64,000 bases of DNA from Chitinophagales bacterium (GCA_038326325.1 JBBQJW010000017.1:2009-66008); one strand, 5' to 3'. Positions 49,826 through 58,865 are shown, counted from the stretch's first letter. The notes: generated by a model not told the origin, from the letters alone. Numbers and translations: made by a program.

Positions 49826-49886
49826 GTTTTTGTAAATGTTCGGAAACAAACCTAATGGAATTATCTTTATCGCACACAATTGCACC

Positions 49887-50387
49887 ATGTATAAAGTCAC
49901 GACTAAGAAAGGAGAAGAGTTTGATATAAAATTTGAGAAGGATGGATTTTCAGTAAATGGAAAGCCAGGTGAATGGGACATTCAAAAAATTCATGATAAT
50001 CTGTTTCATATTTTGTTTGAAGGAAAAAGTTTTGAAGCCGAATTATTGAAAGCCGATGAAGAGACAAAGACTTTTTTCCTGAAAATAAATAACAAACCCA
50101 TTGAGTTAAAAGTAGAAGATGAATATGACCGATTACTGAAAAAGCTAGGAATGGATAAAGTGCTTTCGAAAAAAGTAAATGAACTGAAAGCGCCAATGCC
50201 GGGGTTGGTGTTAAGAATTTTAGTGGAAGAAGGACAAGCGATAAAACAAGGCGACTCACTGCTCGTACTCGAAGCTATGAAGATGGAAAATGTATTAAAG
50301 AGTGGCGGCGATGCAACAATAAAAAATCTGAAAGTAAAAGCCGGAGATAAGGTAGAGAAAAATCAGTTACTTGTTGTGATGGAATAA
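49887..50387 (+). CDS. biotin/lipoyl attachment domain protein (biotin carboxyl carrier-like)
   Basis: Has the C-terminal LEAMKMENVL biotinylation motif. The start is moved to the ATG at 49887. Confidence 0.8.
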   Translation: MYKVTTKKGEEFDIKFEKDGFSVNGKPGEWDIQKIHDNLFHILFEGKSFEAELLKADEETKTFFLKINNKPIELKVEDEYDRLLKKLGMDKVLSKKVNELKAPMPGLVLRILVEEGQAIKQGDSLLVLEAMKMENVLKSGGDATIKNLKVKAGDKVEKNQLLVVME

Positions 50388-51692
50388 TTATTCTCCACCA
50401 TCATCCAAGCTAATATCTGCTGTTCCATCATGTAATATCTGCATCACTTCTTTTAGCATGTATGGTGAATGATTGAATTTATTTCCGAGTACGATAATTA
50501 CATATTGCTCCTGCGGATTGGTGTAGAACACCGTGTTGTAACCCTTCCACCAGCCATTGTGATAAATACATTTTTTGCCGGGTTCATATTCTATCATGCG
50601 AAAGCCGAGACCATAATTTTTCTTTCCGGCATGCTCAAAACTTTGAGGTGTGAAAGCCATATCAATTGTTTCCTTTTTCAGAAAACAATTTGAAGTCAAC
50701 ATCTTATACCACTGTAACAGATCGTGCGTGGTGCTGTAAACTCCCTTGTCCCCGAGTATTCCATCGAATGCATCAACGGGTTCAGCGCACCAATTGTAAT
50801 TGTATCCACAGGTTTTATTGTCGCATAGTTTTTTATCGTCGGATGTAATGAAGTAAGTGTTGTTCATTCCAATCGGAGTCAAAATAAATTGCTCCATGTA
50901 ATCATCGAATTTCATCCCGGTTGTTTTTTCTACTATGGCGGCGAGCACGGCGAAGTTAGTGTTACAGTAAGTGAATTTCCGCCCGGGCTTGAACTGTAAC
51001 GGTGGCGGTTGGTTTTCCATCCATCGCATTAAATCCTGATTGTTTACTTTTTTAAATCCGAGCGACGCGCTGTCTTCATAAGCGAAACGATAATCTGGCA
51101 ATCCACTCCGATGACTCAACAACATTTTCAATGTGATGTTGTGAATCGGAAACTTCGGATAATATTCCTGAATGGAATCTTCGAGCGAAAGTTTTCCGAT
51201 CTCGATCAGGTGTAACACTGCGACGGCGGTAAATGTTTTTGAAATTGAAGCCAGTTGAAATTTAGAATTGTCGGTGAGTTTTATTTTCTTTCCATAATTC
51301 TCAAAACCAAAATTGTTATCGTACAACACCACTCCTTTTTGCGCAATCAAAACATTACCGTTAAATCCTAAACGCTTTGCCCGGTAATTAAAAAGCGAGT
51401 CGAGCAGGTAATGTTTTCTATTGGCGTGAATTTGTTTGCCGATGTTTTTTTCATCAAGTTTCGACATTTGATATTTCTGAATACACTCGATGCATAAATT
51501 ATTAGGGCTTTCATCTTTCGAAAAAAGATTCTTACAGGAATTACTTCCCAGCAACATCATCATCAAAAGAAGAAAGAGTGATTTGGAGATTTGAATATTT
51601 GGAGATTTGAAAATGGAAATACAGACCCCAGTCAAAAATGTAATTAATTTTTGCAGAATCATCTTCAAATTTTCAAATCCACGAATTTTCAA
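50388..51692 (-). CDS. serine hydrolase (beta-lactamase / PBP4* family)
   Basis: SISKTFTA (SxxK) and YCNTNF. The true start is probably downstream of 51692 (lipoprotein-like LLGSNSC near 51563), and the 5' 130 nt contain short tandem DNA repeats. Confidence 0.75.
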   Translation of the reverse strand: MKIRGFENLKMILQKLITFLTGVCISIFKSPNIQISKSLFLLLMMMLLGSNSCKNLFSKDESPNNLCIECIQKYQMSKLDEKNIGKQIHANRKHYLLDSLFNYRAKRLGFNGNVLIAQKGVVLYDNNFGFENYGKKIKLTDNSKFQLASISKTFTAVAVLHLIEIGKLSLEDSIQEYYPKFPIHNITLKMLLSHRSGLPDYRFAYEDSASLGFKKVNNQDLMRWMENQPPPLQFKPGRKFTYCNTNFAVLAAIVEKTTGMKFDDYMEQFILTPIGMNNTYFITSDDKKLCDNKTCGYNYNWCAEPVDAFDGILGDKGVYSTTHDLLQWYKMLTSNCFLKKETIDMAFTPQSFEHAGKKNYGLGFRMIEYEPGKKCIYHNGWWKGYNTVFYTNPQEQYVIIVLGNKFNHSPYMLKEVMQILHDGTADISLDDGGE

Positions 51693-51693
51693 A

Positions 51694-52371
51694 TTACTTT
51701 TTTATTTTCTTTGGTTTAAAATCTTTTCCCTGCTTCATGCTGATAATTCGAACATCTGTTACAGGTCGGTCGCTTTTATCACATTTAACAGCAGCTATAG
51801 AATCGAGCACATTCATTCCTTCAATCACTTCGCCATACACAGTGTAATTCATATCAAGATGCGGAGTGCCACCAATGGTTTTATAAATTTCTCTTTGCTC
51901 AGCAGTTAATTTTCTTCCGGTTTGTTTTTCCAAATTATCTAAATCAGCATCGCTAAAAGTTTTTCCCTGCACAATATAAAACTGACAACCACTCGACGCT
52001 TTCGCTGGATTCTCATCTCGTGCCGCAGCAAGCACTCCTTTTTTATGAAAAAGAGAAGTATTAAATTCAGCAGGCACTGTGTAACCAACATCTCCGTTGC
52101 CAAGCATTTCTCCCGGCTTTGCATGTTTCGAATTAGGGTCGCCGCCTTGAATCATAAAATTTTTTATTATACGATGAAATAAAAGCGAGTCGTAAAAATG
52201 CTCATTGGTCAGTTTCAGAAAATTGTCGCGATGCTTTGGTGTTTCATTGTAAAGCAAAATGCGCATGGTTCCGAATTTAGTATTGAGTGTTACAGTATGA
52301 ATTTTTTCTTTTGGCTTGAATGAAACGAAAAAGAAAAACGGAATTAACAGTAAAAGAATTTTTTTGGCCAT
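51694..52371 (-). CDS. peptidylprolyl isomerase (cyclophilin type), secreted
   Basis: FHRIIKNFMIQGGDP and SSGCQFYIV. The start is set at MAKKILLL. Confidence 0.9.
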   Translation of the reverse strand: MAKKILLLLIPFFFFVSFKPKEKIHTVTLNTKFGTMRILLYNETPKHRDNFLKLTNEHFYDSLLFHRIIKNFMIQGGDPNSKHAKPGEMLGNGDVGYTVPAEFNTSLFHKKGVLAAARDENPAKASSGCQFYIVQGKTFSDADLDNLEKQTGRKLTAEQREIYKTIGGTPHLDMNYTVYGEVIEGMNVLDSIAAVKCDKSDRPVTDVRIISMKQGKDFKPKKIKK

Positions 52372-52457
52372 TGTGTTTTTTTGTAATGCGCCCAAAAATA
52401 ATTTCTCAAAGCTGTAATCAAGATATAGAGTTCACAACTGCCAACATGAATTGTGTA

Positions 52458-52811
52458 CTAATCCAAACGGTCGAAGTATTCGACAATACATTCCTTCAAT
52501 AAATCTTCCTGCTCTTCAATGGTCATTACAGGAATTTTTTTTGTTTGAACCCAGTGCGGCCATCCATCATCATCCAAGCCCTCCAATGAAAAATATCCTT
52601 TGTCGCTGAGCAAACGACAAGTTGCGATATGCATCAGGTCTTGTTTTTCTTCCTTGGTAAATGAATCCTGAATTTTTCCCAGCTCCCGAACACCAATCAA
52701 AAACAACATCGCATTCATATCAGGTGCTTTGCCGAATTTTTCCTGCAAGTTTTTTCGGAGGGCGAGAAATTTTTTTTCTCTTTCAAGTAGATGTTCGTGG
52801 GCGGTACTCAT
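52458..52811 (-). CDS. conserved hypothetical protein
   Basis: A 117-aa ORF translationally coupled (overlapping) to the upstream C-N hydrolase. No motif recognised. Confidence 0.5.
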   Translation of the reverse strand: MSTAHEHLLEREKKFLALRKNLQEKFGKAPDMNAMLFLIGVRELGKIQDSFTKEEKQDLMHIATCRLLSDKGYFSLEGLDDDGWPHWVQTKKIPVMTIEEQEDLLKECIVEYFDRLD

Positions 52812-53593
52812 TTTTTAATTTTCAATTCAAATTCATCCTTATCAAGCAACACTGGAAACTCTTTTCTATATGAATCAAGATTCGATTTTGAAAGCTCAAT
52901 AGTATGAATGATTTCGTTGTTGGTTTTTTGAAAAAGAATTTCGCCCTTCATGTCAATCACCGAACTGTCGCCGCTATGGAAGATTTTATTTCCATCCCCG
53001 CCCACTCTGTTTAATCCAATGGTGTAACACTGATTTTCTATTGCGCGCGCAATGAGCAAAGATTTCCACGCCTGAATTCTTCGCTCCGGCCAATTGGCGA
53101 CATACAAGAGCAAATCATAATTCTCTGCGTTGCGACTCCAGACGGGAAAGCGCAAATCGTAACATACGAGTGGACAAATTTTCCATCCCTTCCATTCCAC
53201 GATTAATTTTTTATCGCCCCGGCTGTAGTGATTATTCTCTTCACCCATTCTGAACAAATGGCGCTTGTCGTAAGTGAAAAAATTTCCATCGGGCTGCATC
53301 CATATCAGGCGGTTAAAATATTTTCCTGAATCTTTAATCATCACACTTCCACACAACACGACATTTTTTTTCGAGGAAATATTTTTCATCCATTCAATAG
53401 TTCGGCCACCCATTTCTTCAGCGAATAATTCAGGTTTCATGCTGAATCCGGTTGAGAACATTTCAGGAAGTAGAATCAGGTCGGTGTTTTCAACCGAAGA
53501 AATTTTTTCATCGAACATCGAAAGATTGGCGTCAATGTTTTCCCAATGAAGATTGGATTGAATAAGAGTTACGCGAAGATTGTTATCAGCCAT
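52808..53593 (-). CDS. carbon-nitrogen hydrolase family amidohydrolase (omega-amidase/YafV-like)
   Basis: E-K-C triad context: LLPEMF, YDKRHLF and CPLVCYDLRFP. Confidence 0.85.
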   Translation of the reverse strand: MADNNLRVTLIQSNLHWENIDANLSMFDEKISSVENTDLILLPEMFSTGFSMKPELFAEEMGGRTIEWMKNISSKKNVVLCGSVMIKDSGKYFNRLIWMQPDGNFFTYDKRHLFRMGEENNHYSRGDKKLIVEWKGWKICPLVCYDLRFPVWSRNAENYDLLLYVANWPERRIQAWKSLLIARAIENQCYTIGLNRVGGDGNKIFHSGDSSVIDMKGEILFQKTNNEIIHTIELSKSNLDSYRKEFPVLLDKDEFELKIKK

Positions 53594-53651
53594 TTATAAA
53601 AATGAATTCGCCAAAAGTAATGTTAGTGGCGCATCACTTTACATTTGCTCC

Positions 53652-54368
53652 ATGCAGGCGAAAACCGAAGGCATAGTTTTTCGAACAACTAAATATTCCG
53701 AGACGAGCGTGATCGCTTCGGTTTATACTGAACAATTCGGATTGCAGAGTTATATCATTAACGGAGTAAGGGGAAAAGCGAAATCGAATTCAAAATCTTC
53801 GTCGCTGCAATTGCTTTCCATTTTGAATATGGAGGTTTATAAAAAGGAAAATAAAAACCTGAACCGGATAAAAAGTTTTGAATCGGCGGTCGTGTTTAAG
53901 GAGATTCCGTTTGATGTGGTGAAAAGTTCACTCACTTTATTTATCGCGGAAGTTTTGAACCGAACCGTGGTGGAGGAAGAGTGTAACAGTCCGCTTTATC
54001 ATTTCGTGCGCAACTCGGTACTGGAATTGGACGGCGCGAAAAACGCTTCTGATTTTCATTTGCATTTTCTCGCCGCGTTAACTCAGCATCTTGGATTTTC
54101 TCCTCACGGAAAATATGCCGATGAAACGCCTGAGTTTAATTTGATGGATGGAAGTTTCGTGAATAATTCTTCCGTCTTTAATCCGCATTATTTATCAGGA
54201 GAAAACGCCCAACGATTTTCTGAATTATTTTTTAATCCCACTTCATTAAACCTGAATAAAAAAAACAGAAAAGAATTACTGCTGTCGTTGCTTGAATATT
54301 ACCGGCTGCATGTTTCCAATTTCAATATCATGAAATCACTTGAGGTGATTGAACAGGTGTTTGCGTGA
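53652..54368 (+). CDS. recO: DNA repair protein RecO
   Basis: Typical RecO N-terminal OB region, GIVFRTTKYSETSVIASVYTEQFGLQSY. The start is moved to 53652. Confidence 0.8.
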   Translation: MQAKTEGIVFRTTKYSETSVIASVYTEQFGLQSYIINGVRGKAKSNSKSSSLQLLSILNMEVYKKENKNLNRIKSFESAVVFKEIPFDVVKSSLTLFIAEVLNRTVVEEECNSPLYHFVRNSVLELDGAKNASDFHLHFLAALTQHLGFSPHGKYADETPEFNLMDGSFVNNSSVFNPHYLSGENAQRFSELFFNPTSLNLNKKNRKELLLSLLEYYRLHVSNFNIMKSLEVIEQVFA

Positions 54369-54380
54369 GCGGATGCTTGT

Positions 54381-54752
54381 GCGCATGGTTTTGAGGGGGA
54401 CTGCGTATATCAATTTACTACACTGCGTATGTGAATTTACTGCGTTGCGTATTTTGATTTACGGCACTGCGTATTTGTATTTACTTCGGTGTGTATGCTC
54501 ATTAACCCCATTGCGTATATCTATTAACGCTATTGTGTAAAGCTCTTACTGTAACAGCGTATTATCATTTACTGCATGGCGTATTGTCGTTAATTGCATG
54601 GCGTATTGTTATTTACTATTGTGCGTATGATTCTTGACCGTATTGCGCATGTGATTGAGTGATTGTTTCTATTCAAATTAGTGCATAAGGTGTATACTAA
54701 TGTTTTCAGGGGCATATTTTCCTGACTGAATGTGTATTGTACGAATTCGTAC
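54381..54752 (+). repeat. array of about 16 degenerate tandem repeats with a strict 22-bp period
   Basis: G(C/T)G(T/C)AT anchors fall every 22 bp from 54381 to 54645 (54381, 54403, 54425, and so on). They continue roughly in phase at 54690, 54712 and 54732. The consensus is GCGTATnnnnATTTACTnnnnT. Confidence 0.85.
54739..54752. promoter_or_regulatory. perfect 14-bp palindrome GTACGAATTCGTAC, candidate operator
   Basis: It lies between the end of the repeat array and the start of the HTH gene. Confidence 0.35.
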
Positions 54753-54798
54753 AAACTGCATTTTTTATCCCGACATTTTTGTTTTTCGAAATTCAGAA

Positions 54799-55080
54799 AT
54801 GAGCGCTGACCACAACTTCTTAGTATCAATGCAAAAGCGGCTGATTTTCCTTCGTGAAAAAAAATTTATAACCCCAAGTGAATTTGGAAATGTGGCGAAT
54901 GTGAATGAGAGAAGAAATGAAATATATGCGCAAGACCTTAGGGCAACTTCTATCGGAAGAATTGTGATCTCACTTCAAATTGATTTTAATGTTAGTGAAT
55001 TAATAACTAAGGAAATGCTGATGAAATATGCCGATGAACTTGATAAGGAAGAACACGAAAGAGAGAGTAGAGGGGAATAA
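54799..55080 (+). CDS. small XRE-like helix-turn-helix protein
   Basis: KRLIFLREKKFITPSEFGNVANVNERRNEIYAQDLRATSIGRIVISLQIDFNVSELI follows XRE HTH spacing. The start is set at 54799 because the 54730 ATG lies inside the repeat array. Confidence 0.5.
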   Translation: MSADHNFLVSMQKRLIFLREKKFITPSEFGNVANVNERRNEIYAQDLRATSIGRIVISLQIDFNVSELITKEMLMKYADELDKEEHERESRGE

Positions 55081-55218
55081 GGTTCGCCCGGAGTTTTACA
55101 AGCATGATAAATGACGGAGAGAAAGACTAACAAAGTAAAAACGGAGGGTTTCGGTTGTGTAACCCCAAAAGGACAAACGGATTAATTTTTTTTTCATAAA
55201 CCATAAAACAAAAACAAC

Positions 55219-56166
55219 ATGGCACTTTTAATCAGACCTGTTTACCGATGCACTCAACTTGAGCTGTATTCGACATTGAAAACCATTTGGGACAATTATG
55301 ATGACCATCAGGCGCAACTTGTTACTTACAAGAGTAAGTATGATGCTCCGCTGAGTGTTACACACAAGGGTGAAATTGCCGCTGCGAAAGCTTTGCCTGA
55401 CGAAGAAGCGCGAAATGCTGAATCGCAGAATCTTCGGATTGATGTAACAGCGCTTGGTCAAAAATGCACCCGCAACTGGCAACTATTGAAGGGATATATT
55501 GTGGAAGCTTATCCAGGGGCTAATCAGAAAGTACAGTTGGATGCAGCGGGGGCGGTTTACTATGTACCGGCATCGCACAGCAACTGGGAGTTTGTGGCGG
55601 GCATGAATTCTTCTGCAAACAATTTTATCGTTGCAAACGGTGCAGCATTATTAGCGGATGGTTTTATGCCCGCAGGATTTAAACTTCAATACAAAACTGA
55701 CAGCGATGCTTTTGATGTTAAGTATGATGAGTTTAAACATGCGCAACAATCGAGTGAGGGAACTGACGAGAAAATAAAAGCGAACAATAAAATTTATGAG
55801 GACAGCATGAAGATGTGCGCTGATGCAACAATGTTTTTTGTAACGGATGATTCGATAGTGAAGAAGTTTACTTTCACTACAGTGTTACAGATTGTTAGCC
55901 CGCCGGGGAGTGCAAGTTTGAAAATACAAGCCATTAACTTAGGCACTAATGAAATTATTGTTGGAGCGAAGGTGGTGATTCAGAAGGAAGGCAATGCTGC
56001 ATTGAACGGAATTACTGATGACAGTGGTGAAGTTGTTTTTCCGGGGATTGACCCGGGTGCTTATGATGTGACTATTGCCGCCGTTGGATATACTGCGATG
56101 AATTTCAGTAAGGATGTGAATACAGGTGTGAGTGCGCGAAAGGATGTGTTTATGACGGCGGTTTAG
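55219..56166 (+). CDS. hypothetical protein: helical N-terminal domain + C-terminal CarboxypepD_reg-like beta-sandwich (paralog of 26559-27467)
   Basis: The C-terminus is GAKVVIQKEGNAALNGITDDSGEVVFPGIDPGAYDVTIAAVGYTAMNF. It shares an LLAD.G...A....F.T segment with the other copy. Confidence 0.6.
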   Translation: MALLIRPVYRCTQLELYSTLKTIWDNYDDHQAQLVTYKSKYDAPLSVTHKGEIAAAKALPDEEARNAESQNLRIDVTALGQKCTRNWQLLKGYIVEAYPGANQKVQLDAAGAVYYVPASHSNWEFVAGMNSSANNFIVANGAALLADGFMPAGFKLQYKTDSDAFDVKYDEFKHAQQSSEGTDEKIKANNKIYEDSMKMCADATMFFVTDDSIVKKFTFTTVLQIVSPPGSASLKIQAINLGTNEIIVGAKVVIQKEGNAALNGITDDSGEVVFPGIDPGAYDVTIAAVGYTAMNFSKDVNTGVSARKDVFMTAV

Positions 56167-56204
56167 AAGAGTATCAAGTAGCAAGACGCAAGTATCAAGA
56201 TTTT

Positions 56205-56238
56205 AAAACCCCGAAGATTTTTTCTTCGGGGTTTTTTG
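56205..56238 (+). terminator. rho-independent terminator
   Basis: AAAACCCCGAAG-attttttt-CTTCGGGGTTTT followed by TTG. Confidence 0.8.
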
Positions 56239-56314
56239 TTTTATTAACTGTTACAGTTCGGTTTTAAACCAGAATTTTTAATTGCACTCGAGGCGACAGG
56301 CCGGACAGAGCTGA

Positions 56315-56401
56315 TTTTTAAAACCTTCGTTTATCCAACTGCCTTATGTTGGATAAACGAAATGATTTTTAGTTTTACTTCGTTTAATAACATGTTAGCT
56401 G
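56315..56401 (+). repeat. right-arm-only copy (two tandem degenerate right arms) of the hairpin site
   Basis: TTTTTAAAACCTTCGTTTATCC..CTTATG and TTTTTAGTTTTACTTCGTTTAATAACATGTTAGCTG both align to the right arm at 57077-57115. The copy includes a perfect 12-bp hairpin (56328-56359). Confidence 0.65.
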
Positions 56402-56483
56402 CAATGGTAACGCTCCGATTGAACGGCACTGCTACTTGAAACTGATTGCAAGAAATTAACTTTGACAAAACAACTTTGAAGAC

Positions 56484-56882
56484 ATGACAAATACGATAAC
56501 AAGACCAGCAGACAAACAAATCTTTGAAGGGATAATTGCTGACTATTATTTAGATGATGGTATTTTAGTTTCACTTTCAAAAAATCCCAAACGGACAGTT
56601 GAAAATATTACAAGCAATGTTGCTTTAGTAAAAAGTATTACCGACAACAAACCTGTTCCGCTTTTGATTTATCTTTCTGACTCTCCTATTCCAGACAAAG
56701 TGACACGAAAATTTGCGACTGAACAGTTACCAATAATTTATTCTGCAATGGCAATGGTTTCCAAACCTGGACTTTCAAAATTCATTATGAATATTTTGTT
56801 CAGTTTAAAGACACCACCGATACCAATGAAAAGTTTTACTGACGATAAAGCTGCAAAAGAATGGTTAGGACAATATTTATAA
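56484..56882 (+). CDS. SpoIIAA-like / STAS-domain-like hypothetical protein (cargo 1)
   Basis: 132 aa, ending ...MKSFTDDKAAKEWLGQYL, which is typical of STAS-like DUFs. Tentative. Confidence 0.45.
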   Translation: MTNTITRPADKQIFEGIIADYYLDDGILVSLSKNPKRTVENITSNVALVKSITDNKPVPLLIYLSDSPIPDKVTRKFATEQLPIIYSAMAMVSKPGLSKFIMNILFSLKTPPIPMKSFTDDKAAKEWLGQYL

Positions 56883-56963
56883 AAAGAATTAAGACAACAC
56901 AACTTCTAACAAACATTCGTGCTGACATCGGAGGACACATCTTCGGACGAACAGCACCACATG

Positions 56964-57115
56964 CAGCTAACATGAAGATAAATGCAAATTTTTAAAAGAA
57001 GGGCTTTGTACGGTAATCAAACAGTTGTGCATCTAACAAACATTGTAGGTTATCGAACAGTTGTGCTTCTAAACCCTTCTTTTAAAAACTTCATTTATCC
57101 CTTATGCGTTAGCTG
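56964..57115 (+). repeat. complete 152-bp imperfect palindrome with attC-like box layout
   Basis: The paired elements are CAGCTAAC / GTTAGCTG (8 bp), ATAAATG / CATTTAT (7 bp) and TTTTTAAAAGAAGGG / CCCTTCTTTTAAAAA (15 bp). The 70-nt centre carries the 17-nt direct repeat AACAGTTGTGCWTCTAA twice. Confidence 0.8.
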
Positions 57116-57187
57116 TAATGCTATGGCGACAGTGCTAACTTGAAACTTTCTGCAAGAAACGAACAGACAAAACCTTTAAACAGAACA

Positions 57188-57625
57188 ATGTTTGACGAAC
57201 TAAACAAATACGAACAACACGACCATTTCTTTTTAAAACCGCAAGACAGTTTGAGAGAAGTTTGTAACGCACCGACAAATAAAAGTGGTGTTTACATAGT
57301 TTACGCTTTGAAGAACGGAAAGGTAGAACTCATTTATATCGGCTGTTCAGGAAAAATACAAGCAGACGGTTCTATGTTCGTCAGAAAAGCGGGACTTGGC
57401 GGTATTAAAGACAGAATTGTAAACGGACACCAATTTGGAAAAATACCGAGACGAAAATCTTGGATAGCACAAATTGAAAAAGAAAATATTGAGGCGTTAG
57501 ACATTTATTGGTATTCAACACACAATCAAAAATATTCCGACTGTCCACGAATTTTGGAAAACAAATTATTACAGAAACATTTAGACATTTACGGACGACT
57601 ACCAAAGTGGAACAAGGAGTTATAA
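57188..57625 (+). CDS. GIY-YIG nuclease domain protein (cargo 2a)
   Basis: GVYIVYALKNGKVELIYIGCSG (GIY-N10-YIG), with a downstream Arg (IKDRIVNGH), Glu (RILENKL) and WN. The start is set at the ATG at 57188, because the track TTG start lies in the conserved leader. Confidence 0.65.
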   Translation: MFDELNKYEQHDHFFLKPQDSLREVCNAPTNKSGVYIVYALKNGKVELIYIGCSGKIQADGSMFVRKAGLGGIKDRIVNGHQFGKIPRRKSWIAQIEKENIEALDIYWYSTHNQKYSDCPRILENKLLQKHLDIYGRLPKWNKEL

Positions 57626-57630
57626 GAAAT

Positions 57631-58767
57631 ATGAAAGCAGCTTTTCACTACGCAGTTAAAGTAAAACTCATTCGCTACGAAACGAAAGAGGATATTAATT
57701 TCATTGACTTCAATAAAGTTTTTGAAAATGAAAATCCCATACTTGCAAGACAAGAGGCGTTCAAGGAATATGAGGAGTGGATAAAAGATTTATATACAGG
57801 AATTGGAACGACAGCAAAATATTCGACAGACAAGCAAGCAAGAATTGATTTACAAAAATTTACAACTCCATCTGGTAAACACAATGTTCAGATAGATGAA
57901 AATGAAATTGATTTTGGCAACTCTTTTGGTTACGGTATCGGAGTTTGTTTCATTATTGACAAGCCTTTTCATCAAAGTGGGGTAAGTGAAGACAGGTATG
58001 ATAAAGCAGGTGATGAACATTTAATTCACGGTATCGGGACAACAGAAAATTACAATAACCCTTTAGAAATAAGTGATGCACTCCTTAGCGAAATTCTTTA
58101 CTACGAACATTTCAAATACGATACTGGAAATTTTGAAAGACGAACCAACTTTTACGATTGGGACATTGACGATGTAGGAGAAATACATTTTTTAGAAACG
58201 CCTTTTGATTGGACAGGTTTAGATGTTAAACCAGAGAGCGAAACAAAAGAAGTAGTAGAACAAAATCCAAGACAACGCATTGAAGAAATGATTGCAAACG
58301 GAGAAGGCAATCAAGTTGAATTTAAACCAGCACTTCTTTACAACTTCAAAACTGACAAAGCAGGAATAAGTATAAAAGCAAAAATTGCAACAGCAATTTG
58401 TGCTTTTCTAAATGCTAACGGTGGGTTTTTATTTATCGGGTTAGACGATGACGGAAGACCACAAGGTTTAGAGAGGGATTTTAGTTTAGCAAACGATAAA
58501 AAGCCAAGAGATTATTTTCACGGAGAGTTTGACCAAATGATTGAGCATTTTCTTTCATTCGCAATTAAAGCAAATGTTATTGGAGAGTTTTACCGATTAG
58601 AAGGGAAAGATATTTTTATTGTTGCAGTTGAGCCAAGTAAAAACAGAGCAATATTTCTCAAAGGACAAAACGGAAAAGAATTTTGGGTTCGTGGCAACCA
58701 CGGCAACAGACAACTTACAGACATGGAAGAATTAGCGAACTATTGCATTGACAGATGGGGAAACTAA
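57631..58767 (+). CDS. protein with unknown N-terminal domain and C-terminal AlbA_2 (Schlafen-like) domain (cargo 2b)
   Basis: EGNQVEFKPALL...IATAICAFLNANGGFLFIGLDDDGRPQGL matches the AlbA_2 signature. The ATG lies 5 nt after the GIY-YIG stop. Confidence 0.65.
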   Translation: MKAAFHYAVKVKLIRYETKEDINFIDFNKVFENENPILARQEAFKEYEEWIKDLYTGIGTTAKYSTDKQARIDLQKFTTPSGKHNVQIDENEIDFGNSFGYGIGVCFIIDKPFHQSGVSEDRYDKAGDEHLIHGIGTTENYNNPLEISDALLSEILYYEHFKYDTGNFERRTNFYDWDIDDVGEIHFLETPFDWTGLDVKPESETKEVVEQNPRQRIEEMIANGEGNQVEFKPALLYNFKTDKAGISIKAKIATAICAFLNANGGFLFIGLDDDGRPQGLERDFSLANDKKPRDYFHGEFDQMIEHFLSFAIKANVIGEFYRLEGKDIFIVAVEPSKNRAIFLKGQNGKEFWVRGNHGNRQLTDMEELANYCIDRWGN

Positions 58768-58811
58768 CACGACACGAAATTGCAATGAATGTAAATCGCT
58801 TCGTGGACAGA

Positions 58812-58858
58812 ACAGCACTATAGCTAAGATGCAGATAAATGCAAATTTTAAAATGAAG
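58812..58858 (+). repeat. left-arm-only copy of the hairpin site
   Basis: ACAGCACTATAGCTAAGATGCAGATAAATGCAAATTTTAAAATGAAG aligns to 56951-57000. No right arm follows. Confidence 0.7.
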
Positions 58859-58865
58859 TTTGTGT

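Noticed and set aside
49826-49981. N-terminal extension of the M1 aminopeptidase, and the 49836 start of the biotinyl protein
   Set aside because: The extensions overlap each other on opposite strands. The internal Met at 49825 gives a proper signal peptide, and the ATG at 49887 gives a normal-length carrier protein.
51564-51692. Short tandem repeats ATTTGGAGATTTGAA x2 (51581-51611) and AATTTTCAAAT x2 (51666-51693) in the 5' part of the serine hydrolase ORF
   Set aside because: They are probably promoter or leader DNA wrongly included in the longest ORF, since the lipoprotein-like signal begins further downstream. They are too short and too few to interpret.
54349-54798. ORF 54349-54540 (+) and the 54730 ATG start of the HTH ORF
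   Set aside because: Both lie within the 22-bp repeat array. The first overlaps the recO end. The first 23 codons of the second are array sequence, so the start was moved to 54799.
57508-57630. The 57508 start for the AlbA_2 protein, and the 57140 TTG start for the GIY-YIG protein
   Set aside because: The first would overlap the GIY-YIG gene by 118 nt in another frame. The second lies inside the leader conserved between cassettes. The ATGs at 57631 and 57188 fit better.
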